DNA of 34,437 bases from Nitrospinales bacterium (GTDB lineage: Bacteria; Nitrospinota; Nitrospinia; Nitrospinales; JAJDAT01), in assembly GCA_046757665.1 (NCBI GenBank), contig JBHHYO010000022.1, positions 1-34,437 of the forward strand, read 5' to 3'. Positions 25,847 through 34,437 of the stretch are shown in pieces (within the stretch, counting starts at the first letter, position 1; the number at the start of each line of letters is the position of its first letter). A program made the position numbers and the translations under genes. The notes beneath the pieces are model-generated. The model saw only the letters and a list, made by a program, of their open reading frames with translations. It ran no database searches and was not told where the DNA came from.

Positions 25847-26566
25847 TTGTCCGAAGGAGAAAACCAGTTTTATTTCAAGCAACTGCTTGCCGGTGCCCAT
25901 GTGGCGCAGGATGACGTGTCTGCCCGGCAAATGGCCAATTTCATTTATCTGCTTGGCGACCGCGTGACCCGCGAGTGCCTGGTGGTCGATCCTGCCTGGG
26001 ATATCGACGGTATCCTGCGCGTCGTTGAGGAAGATGGCATGAAGCTGACGGGCGCCCTGGTGACCCATTATCATCCCGATCATGTCGGCGGCAGTATCTT
26101 CGGCATGATGATCGACGGGCTTTCCGCGCTGATGGAGAAACATCCGGTTCCCGTTTACGTCAACAAACACGAGGCCGACGGCCTGCGCCAGGTGACCGGC
26201 ATATCCGAATCGGACATCAAGCGTCTGGACAGCGAGGACAAGGTACAAGTCGGTGCCGTGGAAGTGACGTGCCTGCATACCCCCGGCCACACTCCCGGCT
26301 CGCAATGTTTCCGGGTGCGGGATTGCCTCGTCGCCGGGGATACCCTGTTCCTCCAGGGATGCGGCAGAGTGGACCTGCCCGGCGGCGACAGTGAGGAACT
26401 GTTTCATACGTTAACCCGCCGCCTTGCGAAAATTCAGGACGAGGTCGTTTTGTTTCCCGGCCATAATTACGGCGAAAAACCATCCGCCCCGATGGGTGAG
26501 GTGCGGCAAACCAACTCGTTCCTGCAAGTCCGGCGTCTGGAAGAGTGGCTTCAGTTCATGGGCTAA
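25847..26566 (+). CDS. Metallo-beta-lactamase-fold hydrolase (glyoxalase II/persulfide dioxygenase-like)
   Basis: THYHPDHVGG, HTPGHTPGS, GDTLF..GCGR.DLPGG, PGH.Y; TTG start with GAGGAGG SD. Confidence 0.92.
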   Translation: MSEGENQFYFKQLLAGAHVAQDDVSARQMANFIYLLGDRVTRECLVVDPAWDIDGILRVVEEDGMKLTGALVTHYHPDHVGGSIFGMMIDGLSALMEKHPVPVYVNKHEADGLRQVTGISESDIKRLDSEDKVQVGAVEVTCLHTPGHTPGSQCFRVRDCLVAGDTLFLQGCGRVDLPGGDSEELFHTLTRRLAKIQDEVVLFPGHNYGEKPSAPMGEVRQTNSFLQVRRLEEWLQFMG

Positions 26567-26596
26567 CCGCAAGCAAGCGGAGTTTTGTTTGAACTT

Positions 26597-27397
26597 ATGA
26601 CGGTTTCAGGTCAGCTTCTGAAAATGGCTCATGAGGCTCGCGACCCCATCGCGTATTTTTTGAAATTGGGCGCCGAGTCCATTCCCATCACGCCGCGGGT
26701 GGGCCATGTCGTGACCCTGAAGTTTCTGGGAACGATTACGTGTATCGAATGTGGCCGCAAAATTAAAAAGACCTACAACCAGGGATATTGCTATCCGTGT
26801 TTCCGCGACCTTCCGGAAAACTCGATTTGCGGGGTGCGGCCGGAACGTTGCGAACACGAACACGGCAATGAGCGGGACCGGGAGTTTTTCCGGACTCATT
26901 GCGACATTGATCATTTCGTCTATCTGTCTCTCACCTCCGGGGTGAAGGTGGGCGTGACCCGCCATTGGAACATCCCGGCGCGCTGGATCGATCAGGGAGC
27001 GGTGCGGGGACTCGTTATCGCCCGTACGCCGCAAAGAAAATCCGCCGGGGAAATTGAGTTGGCCCTGGCGGCGCATATGGCGGACAAAACCAATTGGCGA
27101 AGAATGCTCGCCGGGCGGATCGACGACGCCGACCTGGCCGCCATGCGGGACAAAGCGTTTGCGTGGTTTCCCCTCGACCTGATGTGTTACGCCCTGAAAC
27201 ACGAAAAAGCGCAAACCCTCGCTTATCCCATCCTGTCCCTGCCGGAAAAAGTCATCGCCCACAACCTGGACAAGGACGCGGAATTTACCGACCGGCTGAC
27301 GGCCATCAAGGGCCAGTATCTGATATTTGAGAACCGTGTGATCAACCTGCGAAAATACGCCGGCTACCACGTGGAGGTTTCATTCGCGGAAAAATAG
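26597..27397 (+). CDS. DUF2797-like zinc-binding conserved protein
   Basis: CIECGRKIKKTYNQGYCYPCF, C..RPE.C, H.VYL.....VKVGVTR....P.RWIDQGA, IKGQYLIF, NLRKY.GY. Confidence 0.8.
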   Translation: MTVSGQLLKMAHEARDPIAYFLKLGAESIPITPRVGHVVTLKFLGTITCIECGRKIKKTYNQGYCYPCFRDLPENSICGVRPERCEHEHGNERDREFFRTHCDIDHFVYLSLTSGVKVGVTRHWNIPARWIDQGAVRGLVIARTPQRKSAGEIELALAAHMADKTNWRRMLAGRIDDADLAAMRDKAFAWFPLDLMCYALKHEKAQTLAYPILSLPEKVIAHNLDKDAEFTDRLTAIKGQYLIFENRVINLRKYAGYHVEVSFAEK

Positions 27398-27476
27398 GCG
27401 ATGGAACGGACGTGCGACTTACGGACACTTCGCCTGCTTCCGGCGGAGGAGGTGTTGGAAAATATTTTCCGGGGGT

Positions 27477-28391
27477 TCAGGCGGCTTCCTTGATGATACG
27501 CCCCTCAAAGGCGGTGGAGGGATTGGCTTCCGTGCTATCGGCGGCCTTCGACAGCAACTGGGCCACGCGAATATTTTTCAACAGGCCCAGCTTTTTGAAC
27601 GTGCAAATGAGCATCCACGTCAAGTCGATTTCCCAGGGGCGCAGTCCGTGGCGCGCGGATTTGGGAAAAGCATGGTGGTTGTTGTGCCAGCCTTCGCCGT
27701 AGGCGATCAGACCCACCCACCAGCAGTTGGTGGATTTGTCCACCTCGGAAATCTGGAAATTTTTGTAACCGAACCAATGCGCCGCGCTGTTGACGAACCA
27801 CGTGGTATGGTAGACCATGACGAGCCGGAGAAAAACGCCCCAGACGACGAACGGCACTCCGCCCAAGGCAAGAAGGAACAGACCAAAAACAACCTGGATG
27901 GCAATAAAATGTTTGTCCAAAAACTGGTAAAATGGGTCCGTAGTCAGGTCCTTGGAGAAATTATCGATATGCGCCTTGTCGTCGAATTGGGGATGGACAT
28001 GAAGCATCCAGCCAAGGTGTGCCCACCAGAACCCCTTGCGGGCGCTGTGGGGATCTTTTTCGGTATCGGACCCGCCGTGGTGCATTCGGTGTTGGCCAAC
28101 CCATTTGATGGGACCGTTTTCACATGCCAGGGTGCCGCAAAAAACCGTGAAATAGGCCAGCCACCGCGGAAGCTCGAAACTGCGATGGGTGAGGTATCGA
28201 TGAAAGGCAAAACAAATTCCGACCGAGGCCGTCAGCCAATGCAGAAAAAAGAAAAGCGCTACCGCTCCCCATGAAAAGGCGAAGGGAAACAGAGCGAGTA
28301 AAGCTCCGGCGTGCAGGAAAATGAAAAACGCGATTGTTCCCTTGTTCAGGGGAAGTCGAGCGGGAATTGAAAGTTCAGGAGCTTTACTCAT
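27477..28391 (-). CDS. Membrane fatty-acid desaturase (delta-9, DesC/OLE1-like)
   Basis: His boxes HRYLTH, HRMHH, GEGWHNNHH; DPHS..GFWWAH.GW; VNS.AH; hydrophobic helices. Confidence 0.93.
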   Translation of the reverse strand: MSKAPELSIPARLPLNKGTIAFFIFLHAGALLALFPFAFSWGAVALFFFLHWLTASVGICFAFHRYLTHRSFELPRWLAYFTVFCGTLACENGPIKWVGQHRMHHGGSDTEKDPHSARKGFWWAHLGWMLHVHPQFDDKAHIDNFSKDLTTDPFYQFLDKHFIAIQVVFGLFLLALGGVPFVVWGVFLRLVMVYHTTWFVNSAAHWFGYKNFQISEVDKSTNCWWVGLIAYGEGWHNNHHAFPKSARHGLRPWEIDLTWMLICTFKKLGLLKNIRVAQLLSKAADSTEANPSTAFEGRIIKEAA

Positions 28392-28467
28392 ATAATCCTC
28401 TTGTTGTGAAGGTCGTTGACCATGGTTCTAAATTCTCTTTACTTTAACTTTAAATTCGGAATCCAAT

Positions 28468-28484
28468 TGTAAAAGTTATGTAAT
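28468..28484. promoter_or_regulatory. Candidate OmpR/PhoB-family operator (11-bp-spaced direct repeat)
   Basis: TGTAAA-AGTTA-TGTAAT in the divergent desaturase/kinase spacer. Confidence 0.5.
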
Positions 28485-28553
28485 TTATGGCTTGCCCCGG
28501 TTTCCACGGGAGCCGCGGAAAACCCACCAAACCTGAAAAGGTGTTTTGAAGAC

Positions 28554-29513
28554 ATGCGGAGATTACGCTCATTATTTCACCCGATTTTTGTTTTTATCGG
28601 TGTCCAGGTTGCCTGGATCGTTCTCATGGGAATCTGGATCAACTGGTATTTTGAAAACAATCAAAAGTTCTCGGAGTTTGCCCAGAGGTTGCGGCCGGAA
28701 CTGTTCAACACGGATTTTAACTGGGTGGTTTTGCTGGAAGGCAGTTTTTTGATGCTGGTCATCCTGGGTGGGGTCTATTTGATTTTTGTGTTTTGGAACA
28801 AGCAGGCCAGGTTGAACCGTATGCACAGCAATTTTGTTTCCAGCGTTTCTCATGAATTGAAGTCGCCTCTGGCGTCCATCCAGCTTTATCTGGAAACTTT
28901 GAAATATCATGACGTGTCGCCCGAGGAGGCCAGGGATTTTGTGGGAATCATGTTGACCGATACGGAACGGCTCTCCGGGTTGATCGATAATATTCTCGAA
29001 GCCGGCAAGTCCGATCCTAAAAGTATTGAACTGAAATTTTTGCCCGTAGAGATGGGGCCGTTTGTTTTGGAGGTGATGGAAAATCACAAGCGCCGCTTCG
29101 AGGAAAAAGAGTGCAAGGTAAAAATCGATATCGTCGATTCGCCGACCCTGAATGTCGACAAGCGGGCGTTGCAAATGGTTTTCAACAATCTCATCGGCAA
29201 TGCCCTGCGCTACTCCCCGCCGGGAGCCGATTTCACCCTGCGTATGAAGAACAACGGGAATTATTGTGAAATTGAATTCATCGATTCCGGCCTCGGCCTT
29301 GAAAAAAAGGATATCAAGAAAATTTTCAGAAAATTTTACCGCGTCCAGAATCGCGCAACCCGGAATATCGAAGGCGCGGGGCTGGGCTTGTTTATCGCCA
29401 GGGAATCGGTTAAAAATCATAAGGGAAAACTTAAAGCGGAAAGCGCCGGCCGGGGCAAAGGGGCAAAGTTCACCGTTTGCCTGCCGTTGCGGTTTGTTCC
29501 CAAGGGCGCTTGA
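28554..29513 (+). CDS. Sensor histidine kinase (HisKA, two TM helices with a short loop)
   Basis: FVSSVSHELKSPLASI H-box; NLIGNALRYS; DSGLG; IFRKFYRV; GAGLGL. Confidence 0.93.
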   Translation: MRRLRSLFHPIFVFIGVQVAWIVLMGIWINWYFENNQKFSEFAQRLRPELFNTDFNWVVLLEGSFLMLVILGGVYLIFVFWNKQARLNRMHSNFVSSVSHELKSPLASIQLYLETLKYHDVSPEEARDFVGIMLTDTERLSGLIDNILEAGKSDPKSIELKFLPVEMGPFVLEVMENHKRRFEEKECKVKIDIVDSPTLNVDKRALQMVFNNLIGNALRYSPPGADFTLRMKNNGNYCEIEFIDSGLGLEKKDIKKIFRKFYRVQNRATRNIEGAGLGLFIARESVKNHKGKLKAESAGRGKGAKFTVCLPLRFVPKGA

Positions 29514-29532
29514 AACCTGCATTCGACGAACT

Positions 29533-30255
29533 ATGACGGAAACAAAAAAAATATTGCTGGTCGAGGACGAGAAACATTTGGCCAAGGGGCTCAAGTTCAA
29601 CCTGGAGAAAGAGGGATACAAGGTGGTCCTGGTCGAAAATGGAATCGCCGCCCTGGAAACGCTGGGCACGCAGGATTTCGATATGCTTATCCTGGACCTG
29701 ATGTTGCCGGAATTGGGGGGGATTGAGGTCACCAAAAAAATCAGGGAGACCAACATTCGCTTCCCCATCTTGATGCTGACTGCCAAGTCCAACGACGAAG
29801 ACCGCGCCCTCGGGTTGCAAGCCGGAGCCGACGACTACCTCACCAAACCGTTCCACCTTCCGGAATTACTGCTCCGGGTCAAGGGAATCCTGCGCCGCGG
29901 CGAGTGGTACAAGGAATCGATTCACGACCAGGAGGTGTTCCACTTTTCCGGTATGTGGATCGATTTTGCCACCGGTAAAGCCAAGGGATGCGCGGGAGAA
30001 TTTTTTCTCACCGTCCGGGAGGCCCAGGTGATGAAACTCCTGGTTTCCAAAAAAGGCGGTGTGGTGACCCGCGAGGAACTGTTGGAAAAAGTCTGGGGGT
30101 ACAGCCCGGAAACGGAAACCCGGACGCTGGACAACTTTATCGTGCGGCTACGAAAATATTTTGAAAAAAATCCGCAAAAACCCAGGCACATCCTCACCGT
30201 ACGGGAAAAGGGCTACCAGTTCGTCCCCGATCCTCCCGCAACAAGAAAAAAGTAA
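29533..30255 (+). CDS. OmpR/PhoB-family response regulator
   Basis: ILLVEDE, ILDLMLP, ILMLTAK, GADDYLTKPF, TRTLDNFI.RLRK winged helix; true start ATG 29533. Confidence 0.94.
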   Translation: MTETKKILLVEDEKHLAKGLKFNLEKEGYKVVLVENGIAALETLGTQDFDMLILDLMLPELGGIEVTKKIRETNIRFPILMLTAKSNDEDRALGLQAGADDYLTKPFHLPELLLRVKGILRRGEWYKESIHDQEVFHFSGMWIDFATGKAKGCAGEFFLTVREAQVMKLLVSKKGGVVTREELLEKVWGYSPETETRTLDNFIVRLRKYFEKNPQKPRHILTVREKGYQFVPDPPATRKK

Positions 30256-30288
30256 GAAATGAATTTTGTTTGATCGCTCCGCTTGCGG

Positions 30289-30993
30289 TTACAGGGTTCG
30301 CAGAAAATCGAAATCGATACTCTCTTCAATCCCGGCCAAAAGCTTCGCGGGAAAACTTGATACGTCCCGGATAAACGGAAGTTCGCCGAGGACCCGGACG
30401 CCGGACAGTTCCCGGACGGCGGCGGGCGCGGTTTTTTCGATGGCGCTTGTTGCTCCGTCATCGGGATGATTGAAAATGACCCCCGCCAGTTTGATGCCCA
30501 GGCTTTCCGCCGCGCCGATCGTCAGCAGGGTGTGATTGATCGTTCCGAGTGTCAGGCGGCTGACGACGATGAGCGGCAGGGACCACTCCGCCACCAGGTC
30601 GATGACCCGGAACGTCCGGGTGATGGGGGTCAGCAGGCCGCCGATGCCTTCCACCAGCATGAGGTCGTGCCGTTGCGCCAGCCGGTAAAAAGCGCCGGTG
30701 ATCTCGGCGGTGTCCACGCTCCGGTTTTCCAACCGGGCCGCCTGGTAAGGCGAGGCCGGTGTTGTCAACCGGCAGGGGGAAACCTCCGGCAACGTGTCCC
30801 GGACGCCGGAGGCGCGCAACAAAAACTCGGCGTCGGAAATTTTACCACCGCCGGAGGTTACGCCCGTTTCAACGGGCTTCATGACCCCCGCGTTCACATG
30901 GTGTTTGCGGAACAAAGATGCCAGGCAGGCGGTGACGACGGTTTTGCCGACGCCGGTATCCGTGCCGGTAATAAAAAATCCTTTGGCGCTCAT
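30289..30993 (-). CDS. bioD: Dethiobiotin synthase
   Basis: FITGTDTGVGKT P-loop, MKPVETG, VEGIGG, LGTINHTLLT. Confidence 0.95.
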   Translation of the reverse strand: MSAKGFFITGTDTGVGKTVVTACLASLFRKHHVNAGVMKPVETGVTSGGGKISDAEFLLRASGVRDTLPEVSPCRLTTPASPYQAARLENRSVDTAEITGAFYRLAQRHDLMLVEGIGGLLTPITRTFRVIDLVAEWSLPLIVVSRLTLGTINHTLLTIGAAESLGIKLAGVIFNHPDDGATSAIEKTAPAAVRELSGVRVLGELPFIRDVSSFPAKLLAGIEESIDFDFLRTL

Positions 30994-31024
30994 GGTTAAG
31001 GTCGTTTAAGGCATAGCCCGGCTT

Positions 31025-31390
31025 TTATTCTTTCTGATATTTCAGACAGACGCTCCGCAAACTTTTTGAAACCCACCAGGGAGCGGGAAATTTGCCCTCC
31101 TCGGGCTCCGAAACCAAAAGTTCATTGACCTCGTTGATGAATTTCCCTATGCCCTCCTGCTCCACGCACTCCACGAGAAGTTTCAGGCGAGGATGATTTT
31201 GATTGAACAAATCGAAACTCCAGCCTTCCAAAACACCCATGATGAGCAAACCCTGCTCCTTTTCCGACAGGCCGGCCCATTCGGATGACGACATTATTTT
31301 AAGAGGTCTTTGTTCCTTATCACGGGCGTTTGCGGCGGACAGCAGAAACACGGACAGGAAAATTACGATCATTGTGTTGAAACCGTTCAT
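31025..31390 (-). CDS. Small exported hypothetical protein
   Basis: Signal-peptide-like N-terminus (IVIFLSVFLLSAANA), two Cys; AAGGGAG SD upstream. Confidence 0.6.
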   Translation of the reverse strand: MNGFNTMIVIFLSVFLLSAANARDKEQRPLKIMSSSEWAGLSEKEQGLLIMGVLEGWSFDLFNQNHPRLKLLVECVEQEGIGKFINEVNELLVSEPEEGKFPAPWWVSKSLRSVCLKYQKE

Positions 31391-31625
31391 CAGTCAAACT
31401 CTCCCTTTCTTGTTTGGAGGATTGTCGGGGAAGCGGAAACAGGCGATTGAAGAAGGCGGCTCGTCGCGGATTGTCTCCGCGGCCTGTTTCATGCTTCCCG
31501 TGTTGTTTCCCGGTCGAGTATCTTACCACTCCTTGCCGGCGAATGGGGGAATACCCAATGTTTTCCCGGCGGGATACAGGAAAACGGCGCGTTGCTTCGC
31601 CGGGGTGATTTTACGACCGGGTTTT

Positions 31626-31634
31626 TGCTATAAT
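31626..31634 (+). promoter_or_regulatory. Extended -10 promoter element
   Basis: TGCTATAAT upstream of the small CPCC protein gene. Confidence 0.45.
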
Positions 31635-31678
31635 AAGTACGCCCGATTTTATCGTTAATGGATCAGGACGATGCGCGC

Positions 31679-31969
31679 ATGACTTCCGGAAAACATGAGA
31701 TCGTTTGTCCCTGTTGCGAAACCAAACTCCTGGTTGACATCAAAACCGGCGAGGTGCTCTGGCAGGAGAAAAAGCCGAAAACCTTCGGCTCCATGTCCGA
31801 CATGGTGAAAGACCTGGACGCCCAGCGCAGGGAACAGGCCAGCCTCTTCAAAAAACAGAGCGACATCGTGAAAGACCGCAAACGCATTCTGGACGAGAAA
31901 TTCAACGAAGCGCGCAAACACGTCGACAAAACCGACACCAAACCGTTGCGGGATTTTGACCTCGACTGA
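31679..31969 (+). CDS. Small conserved-looking hypothetical protein with N-terminal CPCC knuckle and coiled coil
   Basis: EIVCPCCETKLLVD..TGEV followed by a charged helix and PLRDFDLD end; AGGA SD before ATG 31679 (31658 is an alternative start). Confidence 0.75.
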   Translation: MTSGKHEIVCPCCETKLLVDIKTGEVLWQEKKPKTFGSMSDMVKDLDAQRREQASLFKKQSDIVKDRKRILDEKFNEARKHVDKTDTKPLRDFDLD

Positions 31970-31975
31970 TCCGCC

Positions 31976-32740
31976 TCAAACCTCCACCACCATTCCATCG
32001 TAGGCCGGTTGCACATTTTCCGGCAATTCCCTGCCGGTTTCCCGATGATCGATTTGATGCGTCATGTGCGTCAGCAGGGTCCGCCTGGGCCGTAGCGTCT
32101 TGACCGCATCGAGGGACGCCTGCAAATGGAAATGGCTGGGGTGCGGGTCGTGTCTCAGCGCGTTCAAAATCAGCAGGTCCAGCCCTTGCAATTTTTCCTC
32201 GCTTGCCGGCGGAATTTCACTGCAATCGGTGACGTACGCGAAGTGGCCGAACCGGTAAGCCAGAATGGGCATATCTCCGTGAATGACCTCCACCGGCGTC
32301 ACCTCCATGCCGCCAAGCGAAAAAGGTTCGCTCTCGATGGGATGAAGCGTCACCCGCGACAGCGTGCCCGCGTAGGAGGTGTTGCCGTTGAATATGTAGT
32401 GAAAGGTTTCCTTGATGTGGGAAAACGTTTGCGCCTTGCCGTAACAGGGAATGGCGGTTTTTTTGAAAAAGTTGAATGACCGCAGTTCCTCCAGTCCCAG
32501 TATGTGGTCGGCATGGTGATGCGTATATAAAACCGCGTCGATACCGGTGATGCCGTTGGCCAGGCATTGCCCGCGCAGGTCCGTCGAGGTGTCCACGAGC
32601 AGATTGAACCCGTCGTTGCGCACCAGGATGGACGCCCGCAGGCGCTTGTTCTTCGGGTCGTCCGACCGGCAGACGGCGCAGTCGCAACCCAGCATGGGGA
32701 CTCCCGGAGAAGCCCCCGTTCCGAGAAAAATGATTTCCAT
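31976..32740 (-). CDS. PhnP-like metallo-beta-lactamase-fold phosphodiesterase
   Basis: FLGTGAS.GVP..GCDC.VC.S, THHHADHILG, AYVTDC, H.SHF, LTHMTH, AYDG. Confidence 0.92.
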   Translation of the reverse strand: MEIIFLGTGASPGVPMLGCDCAVCRSDDPKNKRLRASILVRNDGFNLLVDTSTDLRGQCLANGITGIDAVLYTHHHADHILGLEELRSFNFFKKTAIPCYGKAQTFSHIKETFHYIFNGNTSYAGTLSRVTLHPIESEPFSLGGMEVTPVEVIHGDMPILAYRFGHFAYVTDCSEIPPASEEKLQGLDLLILNALRHDPHPSHFHLQASLDAVKTLRPRRTLLTHMTHQIDHRETGRELPENVQPAYDGMVVEV

Positions 32741-32743
32741 GAG

Positions 32744-33643
32744 TCAATGCGCCTCGTGTTTCATCTCGCACACCACCGGGGATTCGCGGCAGGAGTTGCA
32801 CTCGAATTGAATCGTCGCATGGGAGATATTGAATTTTTCCTTCAGCACCGTCTTGATCTCTTTCATGATGGATTCAACCTGCTCCACCATTTGGTCCTTG
32901 ATCAGAACGTGGGCGCTGAAAGCGTAAATGTTGGAGCACAGGCACCAGATGTGCAATTCATGAACATCCTTGATGGCGGGGATTGATGCCAACCGCTGTT
33001 CCACCGCCGCGAGGGAAACGCCCTTGGGCACGCCCTCCAGAAGAATGTGAATGGAGTCGAGGATGAGCCCCCGCGTTCCCCAGAGCAGGAGGCACCCGAT
33101 GCCGGCGCTCAGCAGGGAGTCGAGCGCGTACCAGCCGGTGTAATACATGACGACCCCGCCGACAATGACGCCGACCGATGCCAGGGAATCTCCCAGCACA
33201 TGGTAAAAGGCGCTCTTGAGATTGAGGTCCCGGCGGATGGGCGTGTCCTTCAAAAAATAAATGACCATCAAGTTGGCCGCCAGGCCGACCGCCGCGACAA
33301 TCATCACAATGAGGCTTTGCACCTCGCGGGGGTTCACGAACCGCTCGTAGGATTCGTGAAGGATGAAGCAGGCCAGCAGGAAGAGAAAAATTCCGTTGAC
33401 GAACGCGGCGAGCGTTTCCATCCGATGGTAGCCGTAGGTCTTGGTCTGGGTCGAGGGCCGCTCCGAAATGATGATGGCGAACAAGCTCAGGCAGAGAGCG
33501 AAGCCGTCCATGAACATATGCGCCGCGTCGCTCAACAGCGCCAGGCTGTTGGCGAGTATGCCGCCGACGACTTCCGCGACCAGGATCAGGGAAGTGAGCA
33601 GGACGGCGAGTTTCAGCCGCTTTTTTACCAAGACATTGTCCAT
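32744..33643 (-). CDS. czcD: Cation diffusion facilitator (CzcD/ZitB-like Zn/Co/Cd exporter)
   Basis: SLALLSDAAHMFMD, TYGYHR.E.LAA, N.KSAFYHVLGD, HELHIW, H.TIQFE. Confidence 0.92.
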   Translation of the reverse strand: MDNVLVKKRLKLAVLLTSLILVAEVVGGILANSLALLSDAAHMFMDGFALCLSLFAIIISERPSTQTKTYGYHRMETLAAFVNGIFLFLLACFILHESYERFVNPREVQSLIVMIVAAVGLAANLMVIYFLKDTPIRRDLNLKSAFYHVLGDSLASVGVIVGGVVMYYTGWYALDSLLSAGIGCLLLWGTRGLILDSIHILLEGVPKGVSLAAVEQRLASIPAIKDVHELHIWCLCSNIYAFSAHVLIKDQMVEQVESIMKEIKTVLKEKFNISHATIQFECNSCRESPVVCEMKHEAH

Positions 33644-34064
33644 ACAGGACCCATTTTAAGGGTTTATACCAAAACCCGCAAGAATATCCCCCACCTGACC
33701 GAATCGCCCGCATCCACCACCCGCTCGATTGCGCTTGAGCTTGATTGATCGCTGGATACAGGTTAGCCCATCCCACCCCGGCCTTGGGCCGGCCTGACCG
33801 GAGCAAATTTTCGCGAAAAAAAATTTTTTAAAAAACGAGGAACGAAATAGTCGAAACGTCAGCCCGCAAACCCCGCAACCTCTTGCGCCGCAACCCGTTT
33901 TCCCGTTCTCCCGTCAGGTAAAAAATCAACGAATTTCGCGGCAAAACGACCCGGAAAGCAGATTGAAATTCTCCTTTTATCTGCATGATTTTAAAATAGT
34001 TGCAAGGATCAATTTTACCATCCCGAAGACCGCGTTTTGAAGATTAAAATTTACCATACCGAAA

Positions 34065-34204
34065 TCACCACAGAGCCACAGAGACACGGAGAAAAGCAAA
34101 AGAAGTTTAACCACCGATGCACACAGATAGACACAGATAAAACCTCCTTCAAGGAAAGGGGGTTTGGGGGATTTTTTCTTTGCGTTCTTTGCGCCTTTGC
34201 GGTT
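34065..34204. repeat. Cluster of 8-10-nt-periodic short tandem repeats
   Basis: CACCACAGAG-CCACAGAG-ACACGGAG (34066-34091); AACCACCGATG-CACACAGAT-AGACACAGAT (34109-34138); on the minus strand AACCGCAAAG-GCGCAAAG-AACGCAAAG (34204-34178). Confidence 0.65.
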
Positions 34205-34234
34205 CCAGATTTTCCCGCGGACGTGTGCCCGCCC

Positions 34235-34263
34235 TGTCATGGTGAGCCAGTCGAACCATGACA
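34235..34263. repeat. Palindromic extragenic element (TGAGC..GTCGAA family)
   Basis: TGTCATGGT-GAGCCAGTCGA-ACCATGACA, perfect 9-bp inverted repeat. Confidence 0.6.
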
Positions 34264-34437
34264 CCCAATTGCGCCTTTCGATGTTTGATTGCGGTCAAAA
34301 GTTCAGCCCACTTCCCGCGGGCGTTGCCCGCCGGGTGCTCGCCCCTTATATATAGCGCGAAGTGCAGGTATGCGTCGGCGGAGGCCCATTTAATTCGGCG
34401 GGTTGAAAGACAAAGAGGGGTAGGTGTGGCGCGGCTT

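Noticed and set aside
29266-29532. N-terminal extension of the OmpR regulator ORF
   Set aside because: Overlaps the kinase gene; the receiver domain begins at ATG 29533.
34065-34204. CRISPR array
   Set aside because: Units are 8-10 nt tandem repeats without unique spacers; no cas genes.
33977-34355. Short ORFs across the terminal repeat cluster
   Set aside because: Translations of repeat arms (e.g. NRKGAKNAK, ICVYLCASVV); not credible proteins.
34415-34437. Possible gene start (GAGGGG SD then GTG at 34426) at the window edge
   Set aside because: Only four codons visible; cannot be supported.

Overview
Chromosomal window from what is most likely a Nitrospinota (Nitrospina-like) nitrite-oxidising bacterium; the taxonomy is inferred from the NxrA/NxrB sequence type. 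Its centre is a periplasmic nitrite oxidoreductase operon: a consensus sigma70 promoter, an uncharacterised HExxH/CxxC...CxxC gene, nxrA (Tat signal), nxrB, a TorD/NarJ-type chaperone, nxrC and a terminator. Upstream lie a hicB-hicA toxin-antitoxin pair, a 623-aa unknown, an all-TPR protein, a GAF/HisKA_3 kinase with a NarL-type regulator, and a ~1 kb intergenic region. Downstream are a 569-aa unknown and a compact Fe-S trafficking cluster (YgfZ/Iba57-TPR fusion, IscA/ErpA, BolA, monothiol glutaredoxin, and a peroxiredoxin-like protein lacking the peroxidatic Cys). Mostly housekeeping genes follow: M23 peptidase, PlsC, S1/P1 nuclease, two MBL hydrolases, DUF2797, a fatty-acid desaturase divergent from an OmpR-type two-component pair, bioD and a CDF metal exporter with a possible NiCo-like leader. 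Several small palindromic or periodic repeats sit in the intergenic regions. No tRNA, rRNA, CRISPR array or intact transposase was seen. All calls come from motif recognition by eye; no searches were run.
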